The notes under the pieces were generated by a model. It worked only from the letters and a program-made list of their open reading frames with translations, did no database searches and was not told the origin of the DNA. The position numbers were made by a program, and so were the translations under genes. 64,000 nt of DNA from assembly GCF_018350175.1 (NCBI RefSeq), contig NC_058383.1, positions 1,984,001 through 2,048,000 of the forward strand. The letters run 5' to 3'. This stretch comes from Felis catus (lineage: Eukaryota). Each line of letters starts with the position of its first letter. Position 1 is the stretch's first letter. Below, one piece after another: positions 1-28,301 of the stretch.

Positions 1-642
1 GTTAAGAAAATAACGGTTAACGCACACAGCTTATGGCGTGCTACGCACAGTCCTGAGCATTTACGGATCTGAACGGCTGGTGTCTCCCTAGCGCCCTGTG
101 AGGTATTTCATGCGGTCGGGGACACTCAGTCGTAAGGGGCATTGCTGTTTGCTCTCAAGAGCCCGTGGATTTTCTAGCCTCCTAGCGTACACGGCTGTTT
201 TACATAGGGAGTACCGGGTGCTAGTTGTTCGTTTTGTCTTAAACTGGACGTGGGGAAGGTGCCTGCTAGTGGGTTCGCGTTGGAGGTGGGTCAGGGAAGG
301 CTACTGCGGGTGTTTCCTACCCCACTTTCCTAGAGAGAGGCCGTCTTTGGTTAGCCTTCTGCATTCTTCAAGTCTTTAAAATGTTGATTTAAGTAAAATC
401 TTCCTTTATTTCCAGAAACGAATGGACATATCAGACAGGGGGAACATGAAGAGTTAAAATCTTCCTAATGTTTTTAAGTTTAAATTTTGAGTTAACCCAG
501 GGCCAGTATTTCTTTCATTCACAGTGGAACCATTTAGAGGATTCATTTTTGTATAGGGAAGTCGTTCAGTGTGGTAAACTAGCATATTAATGTTCTGCCT
601 TCATCAGAAAAAAGTCATTGGTCCAATCTTCCACCCATACAG

Positions 643-16569
<15,927 letters not shown>

Positions 16570-17576
16570 CCTGAGCAGCGTGGTAAGACCTCTTCAGACG
16601 GGGACGAGCCACACCCAGACGCGGGCCCGTCTCTTGGGTTGTGCTGTCCCTTCACTGAGAAAAGAGCCAGGTTCATGTTCTCAGGGTCGGCAGGCCCTTT
16701 TCATGGAACCTGCAAGGGTCAAGTGCACACCCTGGCTGTCCGAGGTGGGGCTCTTCTCTGAACACGGCGGGACCTCGAGCCCCGGATTTAGGGAACGTGC
16801 CCCTCACGTGGGCTCTGGTCGTGGGTGAGAGGCGGAGCTGGGGAAGAGGAGGGAGGCCAGCCGCAGCGTGCCGGGAAAAGGCCTCGGTGTGCCCAGCAGA
16901 GACAGGCCTGTGGGTCTGAGATGGGAGCCTCCGGAGCACACGCGGGCTTCCTCGGCAGGCGAGCGAGGGCAGCGTTGTGTGCGGGGCGGCCAGCGGACGG
17001 GGCTCTCTCCCCCCTTCCGGGGCTCCTGCTCCTGGTCATCTCTGGCATCAGGTGGGAGAGCCTCGGGTCCCTTCCGCCTTCTGAGATCGTACGCCCCATG
17101 CCTGCCGTCGGGGCGCGCCTTCCGCAGAAGCCCTTGCTAATGTCCGTCTCGTCATCGCGGTGCAGGGCAGAGAGTAAACACCTGATCCTTCTTGCAGCGT
17201 CCCCGGGGCTCGTGCTGGAATGAGGTCGTCCTTCTGCAGAAAGTGCGCACGATGCCTGCGTTTTACCTGTGCTTTGTCTCGCTCCACACTGTGCGCCCGG
17301 ATTCTCCCATGCCCACACGTCGCTGTGCCTTCAGCCCCCGGTCCCCAACCATGGGGGAGGTTTCAAGGCACCGCTTTCCTTTTCTCTCGTTTGGGGTTTT
17401 TAAAGTCATGCCACCAGTGTTTGTTACTCAGACTCGTGCGCGGCAGGGGCGTGCCCAGCCGTCCCCCTCCGAGAACTCGTCCTGTCCCGTGGCGGGGGGC
17501 CAGTGTGGCTGTGTCGTGGAAACAGGGGAGCCGCGCCATTCAGGTTGTGCTAGGTTCTCAACAGGCTGAGCGTGGA

Positions 17577-17582
17577 AATAAA
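17577..17582 (+). terminator. Probable EIF3B polyadenylation signal AATAAA (proximal)
   Basis: Canonical hexamer ~1 kb after the stop codon, followed by T/GT-rich sequence. Confidence 0.65.
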
Positions 17583-18436
17583 AACAAACCTGTATGAAAA
17601 AGCTGTCTTTCTCCTCTCTTTAACGTAGACACCGGCCTCGAACTTGGTTCCTGTGCCCCTCCCCCTGTGGTGGTGGCCCTCCCACCTCCCGATTTGGTTG
17701 TGTTTTCTCAGCTGAGCTCTGCAAACTAAAGCATCGGTCTGATCGGTGCAGAAAAACCGTTCTTGCAGCATTTTTTTTGTTTTCCACACTTGTCTGACCT
17801 GGTGAGAAAGACCTTTCTAGACTTCTTGGAGTCCTACAAGTTAAGTTGTTCGTGGGAGTTGTCACTTTAGCCGCCGTCACGTGGTCGTCTTTGACTATTT
17901 AACTTGACTTCTCTCCTGAGAAGGGAGTGAGCAAATCCACGTAATTTCAGCCCCTGTTGATTTGCAACGTCCACTACCCATTGGTGCCTTGTCAGACTCC
18001 ACCGCGCCTCCTCTTTGTGTCTCCGGGAGCCGAGAGCCCGGGTCAAAACGCACAGAACGGGTTCGCTGCGCTTTCACGGCCGTGGTGCCCATGAACTTGA
18101 CACATTGGGATTGGAGGAGAAGCTGTCGTCCGTGGGGCAGCAGCAGCTCGGGGGCTGGGGCCGCCTGCCGCCAACCCCACGCCCCCGGCTGCGAGGCGGC
18201 ACTGGCCGCTCTCCCCGGTCCCCGGTCACGTCCGTCCGCGCACGGTGTCCGGTGTTTCTTACTGGCTCTCACACCCTTTAAGCCTCAGCGTGCAGAGACC
18301 TGGCTTTTTAATTTGGTGACGGTAAGAAGGAAAAGGCTCATGTTTTGATCATGTTCACAGATTTTTAACATCTTTCAAAAAATTTACTTTCGACTGTTTC
18401 CGACTCGGTAGTTGTAATTGTTTTATGTGATTTGTT

Positions 18437-18442
18437 AATAAA
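18437..18442 (+). terminator. Possible distal EIF3B polyadenylation signal AATAAA
   Basis: Hexamer in a T-rich context with downstream ggtttgtttctct. Confidence 0.5.
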
Positions 18443-19435
18443 AGAATTTCTGAAACACCTGGTTTGTTTCTCTCTCTCGTGCTCTGGAAGTGGGTTTCCC
18501 AGGGCCAGCCCCAGGGAGAGAGTGTTCCTGATCCTTCCTGTGGGGGCGGGGCGTCCCCCTCGCTCTGGCTTCTTTGACTGGGGCATCAGGGTGGGCGCTG
18601 GCCCCAGCCGCCCGCACCGGCCCGCTGTCCTCGTCCTGTTTCCAGAGGCAGGCAGGATGGGAGGGCGTGTACCCTCGCGTTGAAATCAGAGACGGGCTTT
18701 TCGGCGGTTCCTGTGGTCACAGGCTGGAGCCTTCGTGGAAGAGGGGGACGTGGGCGTTAGACGGGCGGCTCTCTCCGCTGTCCCCTTGCCTTGTTCATGG
18801 GGTGAGGTTGACCTAGAGCTCAGTACTGACCCAGATGCCGAGGAGAACACGGCAGGCCCCACGCGACCCTGCCCTCGCCAGCCGCACCGGCACACTTGCG
18901 GTTGGTCACGGTCCCCGGGCTGGGCAGGCCAGGACAGCCCCGGTGACCTCGAGGGACTCGTTCGACTTCAGGCCCAACCCCTGCTGCTGCTGTGGGCTGC
19001 CCTCTGTGGGCCTTTGAGTGCTGTAGCTGTCTCCAAGTTGTGTTTCTCAGATGTGAACTTCGTGGATCTGGCCTCTGTGACTGTCCTCAGGTGGGGGAAC
19101 AGCTCGTTCTCCCCGCTTCTGGTTCTCGACTTGGCAAGGGCGCCCTGCATTGGGTCACCATGCACCGACTAACCTGGAGGCTGCAGGGTAAGGTTGTGTG
19201 CAGGCACCCAGAGGTGAAAGTCAGTCTGGCCCTGGGTGTGGTGCAGAGTGGGACTGGCTGCTAAAAACCACATCCCAGTCAGAATCTGGAAATGGCATCT
19301 GGGGAAAAGCGTTCGTAGTTAAGATTGATGGTGTGGAGCGTTAGCTAGTTTAGCTAGTGGTGTTTGTCCCCTTTCGGTGGAAATGCTCCAAGGCCAAGCT
19401 TTGTGTGGCTCAGGCAGGCAACTAGGAATCCTGGG

Positions 19436-19449
19436 GTTGCCATGGCATC
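19436..19449. promoter_or_regulatory. RFX X-box-like element in the putative KIF19B promoter
   Basis: GTTGCCATGGCATC matches the palindromic X-box GTTGCCATGGCAAC at 13/14 positions; an extra GGCAAC half-site lies at 19417-19422; ~300 bp upstream of the ATG. Confidence 0.65.
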
Positions 19450-19742
19450 AGGTGAGGGCGTAGACCCCGCGTGCCCAGCATGCAGCTGGCCTGCATCCAC
19501 CAGGGCCTGGGCCGCGCAGCTCCTTGGGGCCTCCCGAGCCACGTGTGCGGTCCCACGTGTGCCGACAGTTAAGGACTGGCTGGGCTCCTGGGGCCTGCTG
19601 ATGTCACCAAGGTGGGGCAGGCTGGAGGGGGGGGGGGCCTGCTGCGCAGACAGGTCGCCAGGAGAGCACGGAGCACGTCACGCCGTCCGGCCCCACAGCC
19701 ACCGGCCCTTCCCCAGCCCGGGGCAGCCCGGCCTTGAGACAG

Positions 19743-19769
19743 ATGGAGCCCAGGGACCAGCCACTCGTG
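19743..19769 (+). CDS. KIF19B: KIF19B exon 1 coding part (MEPRDQPLV)
   Basis: cagATGG start; GTG|gtgagc donor, phase 0; resembles the KIF19 N-terminal ...KDQQLM as I recall it. Confidence 0.75.
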
Positions 19770-22700
19770 GTGAGCATGCCCCCCTCGTGTTCCTGACAGG
19801 CCTACGGCCGCATGTCCCCGAGGCTGCCTCCTGGCCCTCTGCCCCTTGGTACAGGTGCCCACTTGGCACAGGTCAGGTGACGTGGCTGCGGGTCCCCGTC
19901 CAGGGCCCTGCCTCTGCTCCCCTGTCTGTCCCTCTTCACCCCCTGCCCTGTGATCTCCTCCCCGAGGAGCTCCAGGTCCTGCGAGGGCTGGCCAGACCCG
20001 TCTGCTGGGTGACACACCCATCGGCTGGTTATAGGGAGACCCCCTCGTGAAGCGTGGGGGGGGCAAGGCAAGAGTTTGGGCTGGGGGTCCCTGGAGAATC
20101 AGGAGCAGCCTCGGTGGGGCCCACGGAAGGCAGCCGCCATGGTGTCCTGCCCTCAGGTGGCGCTTCGGATCCGCCCGCTCAGTGACACAGAACTGGAGGA
20201 AGGGGCCACCGTCATCGCCCACAAAGTGGGAGATCAGGTGAGGCTGTGGGGGCACAGGGCGTGTGTCCACAGGGTCGCGACACCTAGCAAACATTAATAC
20301 CGGACACTGCTGCAGACACCGGGGCAGACCCGTGAGAGACCCGAGGACTTTTCCCGTCCAGGGTGGGGGCGAACGGTGAAGGGATGAAGGTGTAGCTTCA
20401 GGGGCGTTCGGTGTCACACAGGATCAAACAGCAAAGGTGGTCACGGAAGGGCTAAGGCCTTGAGCAGCAGCTAGAGGAGGTGGGAGAGGTCGGTGGTCTC
20501 CGGGAGGGGGCGATCCAGGCAGAGGGGAGGGGGTGGCTCAGGCCCTGTGGCAGGGGTGGGTGTGGCTGCCCAGACCAGGGGGGCAGGGCCTGGCGGAGGC
20601 GTGATCACCAAGGGCTGGGGGGGGGGGGGGGGGGGCAGAGCCGATCTGGCAGGACCAGGTCAGGGTCTAGGCCCTTTGCTGGAAAAGGGCCCCAGGTGAC
20701 CGTGGTACAGTGGGGCCAGGACCCCTACTCCTCAGAAACCGCTCACAAGATGAGCTCTCAGTGCCGTTTAGAAATGCCAGAATAAATGCCAAGTGGGGGG
20801 GTGGGGGCAAGACAAATTCTGTCAGATGAATTGGATTTTTCCATCTGTTGTTAGGCAGCTGTAACGAGGGGTTGAATGGAGTGCCCGGGAGTGTGTTAGC
20901 ACTTCAGAGGCGAAGGACCCAGGGCGGGGAGCCTGCCAGATGGGGGTGCCTGGTGCTGACGCGGCAGGGCGGAGGGGAGCCCCGGAGGACGCCACGGGAA
21001 GAAGAAATGGACAGAGCGTATGGGCTGCACCAACACTTTGGGTGCTCTGGGCAGAGGCCGCGGTGAATTAGTGCTGAGTCCGTAGATCGCTAAGCAGTAA
21101 ATCGAGGTGAGGGTCGTTAAATTGGGGGAAGCAGAGATTTGCAGGAAAGGTTTTGGCCCAGGGTTGAAGACTGTATGTGGTGTTGATAGGGAAACAGCGT
21201 TGACTCAGCTGAATTCACACCACGAGTGCACTGGGGGGTTGGGATGCGGGCTGGGCCTCAGTCACCCAGGGGCAGGTGACCAGCCAGGCACCTCTGGTGG
21301 GGGGGGGGGGGGGTGTGGATTGGAGACTGCCCCGTGCACGGTACTGATTAATGTGGGACAGGGGAGGGAGGGAGTATTCTGGAACCTGTAACAGCTCTCA
21401 GGAGAGTGTCGCTAGTGCCCAAACCTTGGTGGCAGCCCATCTGGGGACTGACGGACCTCCTCCCAGGGAGTACCCCCTCTGTCCAGGGTGACTCCCGCCC
21501 TACCTGATAACGGAGGTCAAAATGCAGCCTCTTGTTTGCTGGCCACACAGCTGGGAGGTGACCGACCCACACCTGCACAGTGGCCCCTGCCCACCCTGGC
21601 CCAGGGCAGCTCCGTGGGCGGGGGGTCGCCCATCGATTCCTAGTTCAGGATGCCGTACTCCTCGTGGGGAGAACTTCTCCCACTTCCCGGGCTTTGGGGA
21701 TAGGGTGACTTTAGGGGGACTTCTGGATCATGGGGAAGGGTTCGGTGTGGGGAGAGTGTGTCAGGAGAAGGGAAGTGGCTTTAATGAGTTCGAACTTCAC
21801 TTTTCACAGGGCCTAGGCCCTTCTGAACATTGTGAGCACGTTGGTCTGTGCAGCAGAAGTGGGGCTGTGTGCCTGCGGGTGACAGGGTGCTTTGACAACC
21901 GCCCCCCCCCCGGGCCCCCGCCCTGCCTTCCCCCCACATCCTGTCTGGTCTATCCTTCCACTCCAGGGTGTGCCAGAACCCACCTGGGGCCTCTCCCAAG
22001 GCCGCCTCGCTCTACTCTGTACAAGGCATAACTTGCTTTTTAAAAAATGAACGCGGAATTCATAAAACATAAAATTCGCTATTTAATTAATTTTTTTTTT
22101 TAGTTTATTTATTTATTTTGAGAGAGAGAGGTAGAACAGGGGAGGGGCAGAGAGAGAGGAGGAGAATCCCAAGCAGGCTCTGCAGTCGGTGCAGAGCCCC
22201 AACACGTGGCTCAAACTCACAAACCGTGAGATCGTGACCTGAGACAAAACTGGGTCGGACGCTCAACCGCCTGAGCCACCCAGGCGCCCCCAAAATTCAC
22301 CGTTTTAATGTGAGCAAGTCAGCGGCCTTTAGGGCACTGGCAGTGTCCAAACATTGCCATCTCCCCAGCAGGAGACCCTGCGCCCACGCAGCTGCCCCCC
22401 TGCCCAGGTTGGTGGGGGAGCATTGCCCCTCGCTGGTGCGCACCTGTTTAACCGCCAGGCCTACCCGGCGCTGGGCTGTGGGCCCCTGCAGGGACCTGCC
22501 CAGTTCCTCCAACATTCTGGCCTGGCTCACAGCGAGCACCTGTGGTGGGAACTGTGTGGACCGGGGCCGCCCGAGTCCTTTTCTGGAGAGGCTCTCCCGG
22601 TTAGCTTACATCATGGAAAGCGTGCTGGCCTGAAGCCAGGGCGGGCCTCAGGGGCCGCTCCTGCCCGCCGGACTCCCCAGGAACCTCTGAGCAGCCCTCG

Positions 22701-25700
22701 GACTCCCAAGACCTGTTCCCAAAGCTGTGGACCCAGAGGGGGCTCGACCTGGTGGCCAGCCTTGCCCCCAGGACTCTGTGGCTCTCTCCTGGCGCCCCTC
22801 CCTCCCCCCAGTCCCAGAGCTCCTCTCAGAGTAAACAGAGCTGATGGCCTCTAATGGCCCTGGAGAGGCTCCTTTGAACCTCCCCGTCCCCTGAGGCCCT
22901 CAGACTCCTTGCTTTCCCCCCACCTCCGGGAGACTGGGGGGGGGGCGGTTAACCCCAAAAGGAGAGGCAGGAGCAGGCTGCAGAGCTGGGGGTGGGGAGT
23001 GGACACACTCGTGCACTCAGGGTGGCCTGGGGGCGCACGGCAGCCCCTGAGGTCCATCCCTCAGTTCATCAAAGGGCTTTCTTCCCTCAGTTCATCAAAG
23101 GGTGTCCCTGCAGAACCCAGGGGGTTCTTCACTGAGCCCTGGTACCCGCCGTTGTGTGGGGGACTCGGTGTTGATTGGGTGCTGGTGTTGGGGGTGCCAG
23201 GGGGCAGAGCCCAGCAGGCCTGAGGGCTTCCAGTTGTGACTTTGGGGGTGCAGTAGCCTGGAGAGGCTACCCCTTTGCCTAGGAAGTGGGGAGGACGCCT
23301 GGGGGTGGAGCCCCCAGAACCCCCTCCTGGCTGAGCAGCCCTTCTGGGCCCCGTATGGAGCCCCCTCGTGTCATCGAGGGTGGGTGGGCCTGGGGTCCTT
23401 GAGGGCGCATGGAGACTGCCTGGACTCTGAGCAGCCCCCTCGCTGCTCCTAGATGGCGGTGCTCATGGACCCCGACGAGGACCCCGAGGACACACTGCGG
23501 GCACACCGGTCACGGGAGAAGACTTTCATTTTCGACACCGTTTTCGACCAGCATGCCTCACAGGTACCCCCCAGCCGCCGGCCACCCGCGTCCTCTCCTC
23601 GGGCCAGGCTGGCCGCGGGGGCCCTCTCCAGACCCTGGAGACCCCCTGGAGGACTTGGCGGGCAGGTGGTCCCATCCGTGACTTCTCACAGGAGTCTCCC
23701 TGGCGAGTAGGAGGGTGGCACAGGGGCCACCCCAGGGGCAGGTAGCAGGAGTTCCCCTTCCACGGGTGCCCGGGGTTCACACATCTTCTCATTCGTCCAT
23801 CCAAGCAAGGAAAGGGTGTCCCCTCCGCCGCCCGTGTGCCTAGGGCACACTCCCTGCCCCGGGGCCCCAATCCCAGGGGGAAGGTGGGCTGAGTGAGCAG
23901 GGAGAACTGGTCCTCCGTGAGGGCGTGCTGCAGAGAGCTAGAACCTGATAGAGGGGCAAGGGGTTCAGGCCGGGGCTTGGGCACCCCTCCCACACACACA
24001 CAGAGGAGATGCTGAGCCTCAACGAGATCCCAGTGAGGCCAGGGCAGGGGGTTCGGGCCCAGCGTCAGGCCAGACTCACCAGCACCCGTAGCCAAGGACG
24101 GAAGGCTGTCCAGCACGTCACCCGACCCTCGCCCGTGAGAGGGGTCTTATCGCCCCACGCTAGAGAGGGGAGCCCGGCAGAGCAGGATTTGAACCCAGGC
24201 GCCCGGAGGTGGAAATGTCACCCCCCCAGGGTGATGATGTCTGGGGCTGTTTGGCCCCAAGACAAAGCCAGCGAGGGACGCGGGCTCCGTGCTGCCAGCC
24301 CTGCACCCAGCTGCTCGTCCCCTCCCAGCTGAAGCGGAGCCCTGGGGCCCCTCCTTGCACTGCGCACCTCACCTCCAACTGCCCGGGAACCACGGGCTCC
24401 TCCGTGTCTCCCGGCTCTTGATTGAGGCACACCAGCGTCCCCGAAGCCGGGGCGGACACGACCACTCGCTCCCGTCCTTCCTGGCTCTGGGTGGACGGGC
24501 ATCAGCTGGGCTCGGCACGGATCAGGCCACTGCGGCTCCAGGGAGGGAGCCGGACTCGGCACGTCAGCGGGAGGAGCAGTGGGGAGGCTGGGGACAGCAT
24601 CTCAGGCAGGACGGGCGTGAGCCACAGGGCCCGTCGAGGCCCACCACCGCCGGTTGGCGCTGGGAATGTCCCCTCCCTCGGGACTCGGCCGCTGTCTGAG
24701 CAGGCACGCTTCCTTCACTCCCGAGATGGTAGCTGGGTCGGCGACAGGAGGGTCCTGCTGAGCGGCTGCTGCCTGTCGAGCGCTGTCCTCGAGGGCTCGA
24801 CGTGCGTTGTCTCGCGAGCTTCTCAACAATCCTCTAAAACATGGAAGCCCGATCCCCATTTTACAGATGGGGAAACGAGGCTGCCTGAGATCACACAGGG
24901 CCAGGTCACAGTCCCTGTCGGTGTAAGTCCAGAGCTGAGGAAAGCAGTACTGGATGGTGCCTCTAGCCTCTGAGCTGTGTGACCAGCCAGGGCTATGGGG
25001 ACAATTCAGTGACGTGAACAGCAGGGTCCAGAGTGGGTGGCCTGCAGGGCAGAGGAGGCGGGACTGTCATTTCTGTCTAACACAGCCAAACCTACACCTC
25101 CAGGGGTGACATCCCTTTCTCGAATACCCCCGTGGACAGGGAGCTCACTACCACACCTATTGCTAGGCACCGTCGCCTTACGTGAAATGCTACCGTCCTG
25201 AAACTTTGGCCCCTCGGTCCTGGTTTTGCCCCAGAGAGCAGAGTCCCGACGCTCTTCGCAGACACACAAATCCTGCTGTCACCTTCCAGTCGCTGCATTC
25301 TGTGTGGTTTCTCTCGGATCTCGAGAAGTCCTGGAGAGGACTTGCGGGTGTCTAGGACCGAGCGGATGTCAGGCTCCTGGCAGGAGCTGTCACGTGCACG
25401 CCCGCGTAATCCTCCCTGGAAGCTGGGAGCCCGGCCCCACCTCACCCTGGGGGCGGCACAGCAGGACAGGGGCCGCTGCCATCCTCCCGGGGGTCCCTGG
25501 CCGTGGGCAGAGGGAACGGGACGTTGCAGACATCACACGTGTGTCCTCTCCAGCAGCCACGTGCCCTGACTCGCTGGGCCGTGCGTTCCACCGTCCATCC
25601 GTCTGTCCGTTCACAGGAAGACGTGTACCGTGCCACCACCCAGCACCTAGTGGAAGGCGTCGTTTCTGGATACAATGCAACGGTGTTTGCCTATGGCCCC

Positions 25701-28267
25701 TCAGGTAGGGCCCCGGGCAGCGCCCCGAGGAGGGCATGGGGTGGGGGAAGTGGACTCTCCCTGATAGTACAAGACACCTGCCACGCGCTGGTCTCACCGG
25801 CTCTTCTGTCCTGGGAGCAGCCCCGAGAGGCAGGTCAGGCCATCCCCTTTCTGCTCACAACACAGCTGGGCCTCGGCTAGAATGACCTCCCCGAGGTCAC
25901 ACAGCTGGGAGGAGTGAGTCTGGGGTTCAGCCAAAGCCCGCACCTTGCTGCTTGTCAGAACCCACAGACGTCTTCTCCGCACCCACTGGGTGGGCTCGAC
26001 AGAGGTCCGCAGAGCTGAGCTACCTGCTGAATCCTGAAGCTAGAATCACAGAGGGCCGGGGCAGGTGGGGAGACTGAGGCCTGAGACGTGCCTTGCCCAG
26101 AGTTGCGGCCTGTTCGCTTCACTTCTTCATTCAGCAGGCCTTAGGGAGCACACACCCCGTGCCAGGCTCTGGCGTTTAGGGAGCAGGTTGGGGGCAGGCG
26201 AGCGGCGCCCCTGTAGAGAGGCACTCTGTAGCAAGTTGCACGCGGGTCCCGTCACTGTAGAAACAGCACCGGCTCGGGCCTGGGGGAAGAGGATGCCTCT
26301 GGGGCCCACCCCCCACACCGTCTGTGTCCTTGCTCCGATCCCGCTATCCCTGCGTCCGCGCTTTCTCCCGCACGTGAGCCATCAGACTCCGGGTCTTTCC
26401 CCTGGTTCCCGAGGTGGAAGATGAATGTGTCAGCGTGGTCAGGACAGTCTGTCCAGTGTGGGTGGACATGTGAACGGTCTCCTGGGTGCACGCGCCCGGG
26501 TGGGGTTGGAGCCCACTCAGGACTCCCCGCCTGGGCGGGCGCCCCGCCGTCTGCAGGCGCAGGGAAGACGTACACCATGCTGGGCATGGACGCGGAGCCC
26601 GGCGTCTACCTGCGGACCCTCAGTGACCTGTTCCAGGCCATCGAGATGCGCGGCAGCATGGACTGGGGTGTGTCGATGTCTTACCTGGAGGTGAGCTGCC
26701 CACCACCTTGGTGCCCCGTGCACAGCAAGCCTCTGTGTCCCCCCCCCCCAGATACCCCTCACAGGGACTGTCAGCCCTCGGGGCGTCTGAGATCTCCCCG
26801 CAGCCGCGAGGCCCGTGATACCTGATACTAAACCTCCCGCTTTCTTTGCACCAAAGCTTCTCAGTTTCCAACTTTTGTCTCCCCTCCCAGATTTACAACG
26901 AAGTGATTCGGGACCTCCTGAACCCGTCCTCGGGGTTTCTGGACCTGAGGGAAGATTCTCGGGGCAGCATCCAGATCGCAGGCCTCACGGAAGTCTCTAC
27001 ATCTAACGCGCAGGAGGTGAGGGTCCCAGGGGCCCCCGGAGGGAGGCGTGCCTCAGCCTGGGCGGCCGCGCTCGCCACAGCTCAGGGGGCAGAGCTGGAC
27101 GCACAGCTCCGTGTCATTTCTCGGCTGAGGGGATGGTGTCCTTGCACCCACACCCCTCCCCTGGCCCGCGCTCAGGGCAGATGTCACCGATGGACCACCC
27201 ATTCTTCCCGCTGCACCCAGACGCAGGCTGGGAGCCCTTCCCTACATGGCAGCCCAGCCTGTCAGGGTCAACTGCATGCTTGAAACCCACTTGCCATCCT
27301 GAGTGGGCATATTGTCCACATGTCTGCAGCCCTCTGTTTTATCCATCCGCCCCCACTCCCCCTGCTGGTCCACTCTCCACACTGCCCTCAGGGTGGACCT
27401 CCTGCTTGCCGGAGAGCCTCATGCCTCCCTGTTGCCCCCAGGTCCTTCACGGACACCTCGAGGCCCAGCCGTGTGCCCTTAGTGGTGCCCCTTGTGGGTT
27501 CAGGTCGGGGAGAGGAGACTTCCTGCCTGTTCTCCCATGGTGACACTGTGTCAGTGTCTTCCCCCACTGCATGCTCTGTGGTCTCAGCACCGCCCGGCAC
27601 GTAGCAGGTGCCCCGCGAGGCTCGCTGGCCTGATCCCCACAGCGGCTTGCACACAGTGGGTTTCAGCCCAACCTGCCAGCTCCAGGGAGTCCACATGACT
27701 GCGGGGTTCTGCAGTGAGAGGTTCTGGGACACAGGCAGGCGATCCATTGGTGATGCCTGCCACGGGTAGAGGAGGGGAGAGCGGTACAAGTGTCTGCACC
27801 CTGCCGTTCCTGCCGCAAACCAGAAATTGCCTCCGGACGAGGTTCTGTCGGCAAAGAACTGCCCAATAGGGCTTGGGGGACAGGCCTCCTTCCTGCCTCG
27901 TGGTTCTGCAGGGAGCGCGTGGCCTCTCAGGGGCCCCCAACACCCCCAACTCTCCCCTTGTCCTCAGATCATGCACCTTCTCACCAAAGGCAACCGGCAG
28001 CGCACGCAGGAGCCCACGGCCGCCAACAAGACGTCGTCTCGCTCCCATGCGGTGCTGCAGGTCACCGTGCGCCAGCGGAGCCGCGGCTCGGACTTGGTGG
28101 AGGGAGTGCGCGTCGGGAAGCTCTTCATGGTGGACCTGGCGGGCTCCGAGCGGGCGTCGCAGGTTCTGTCCCCCCTCCCGCCCAGTCACACCGTCCCCAG
28201 TCACTCTGGTCTGCGAGCGGGGCCCCTCCTTGTCCAACAGTATCTTCAGCACCTAGAACAGCTCCTG

Positions 28268-28301
<34 letters not shown>

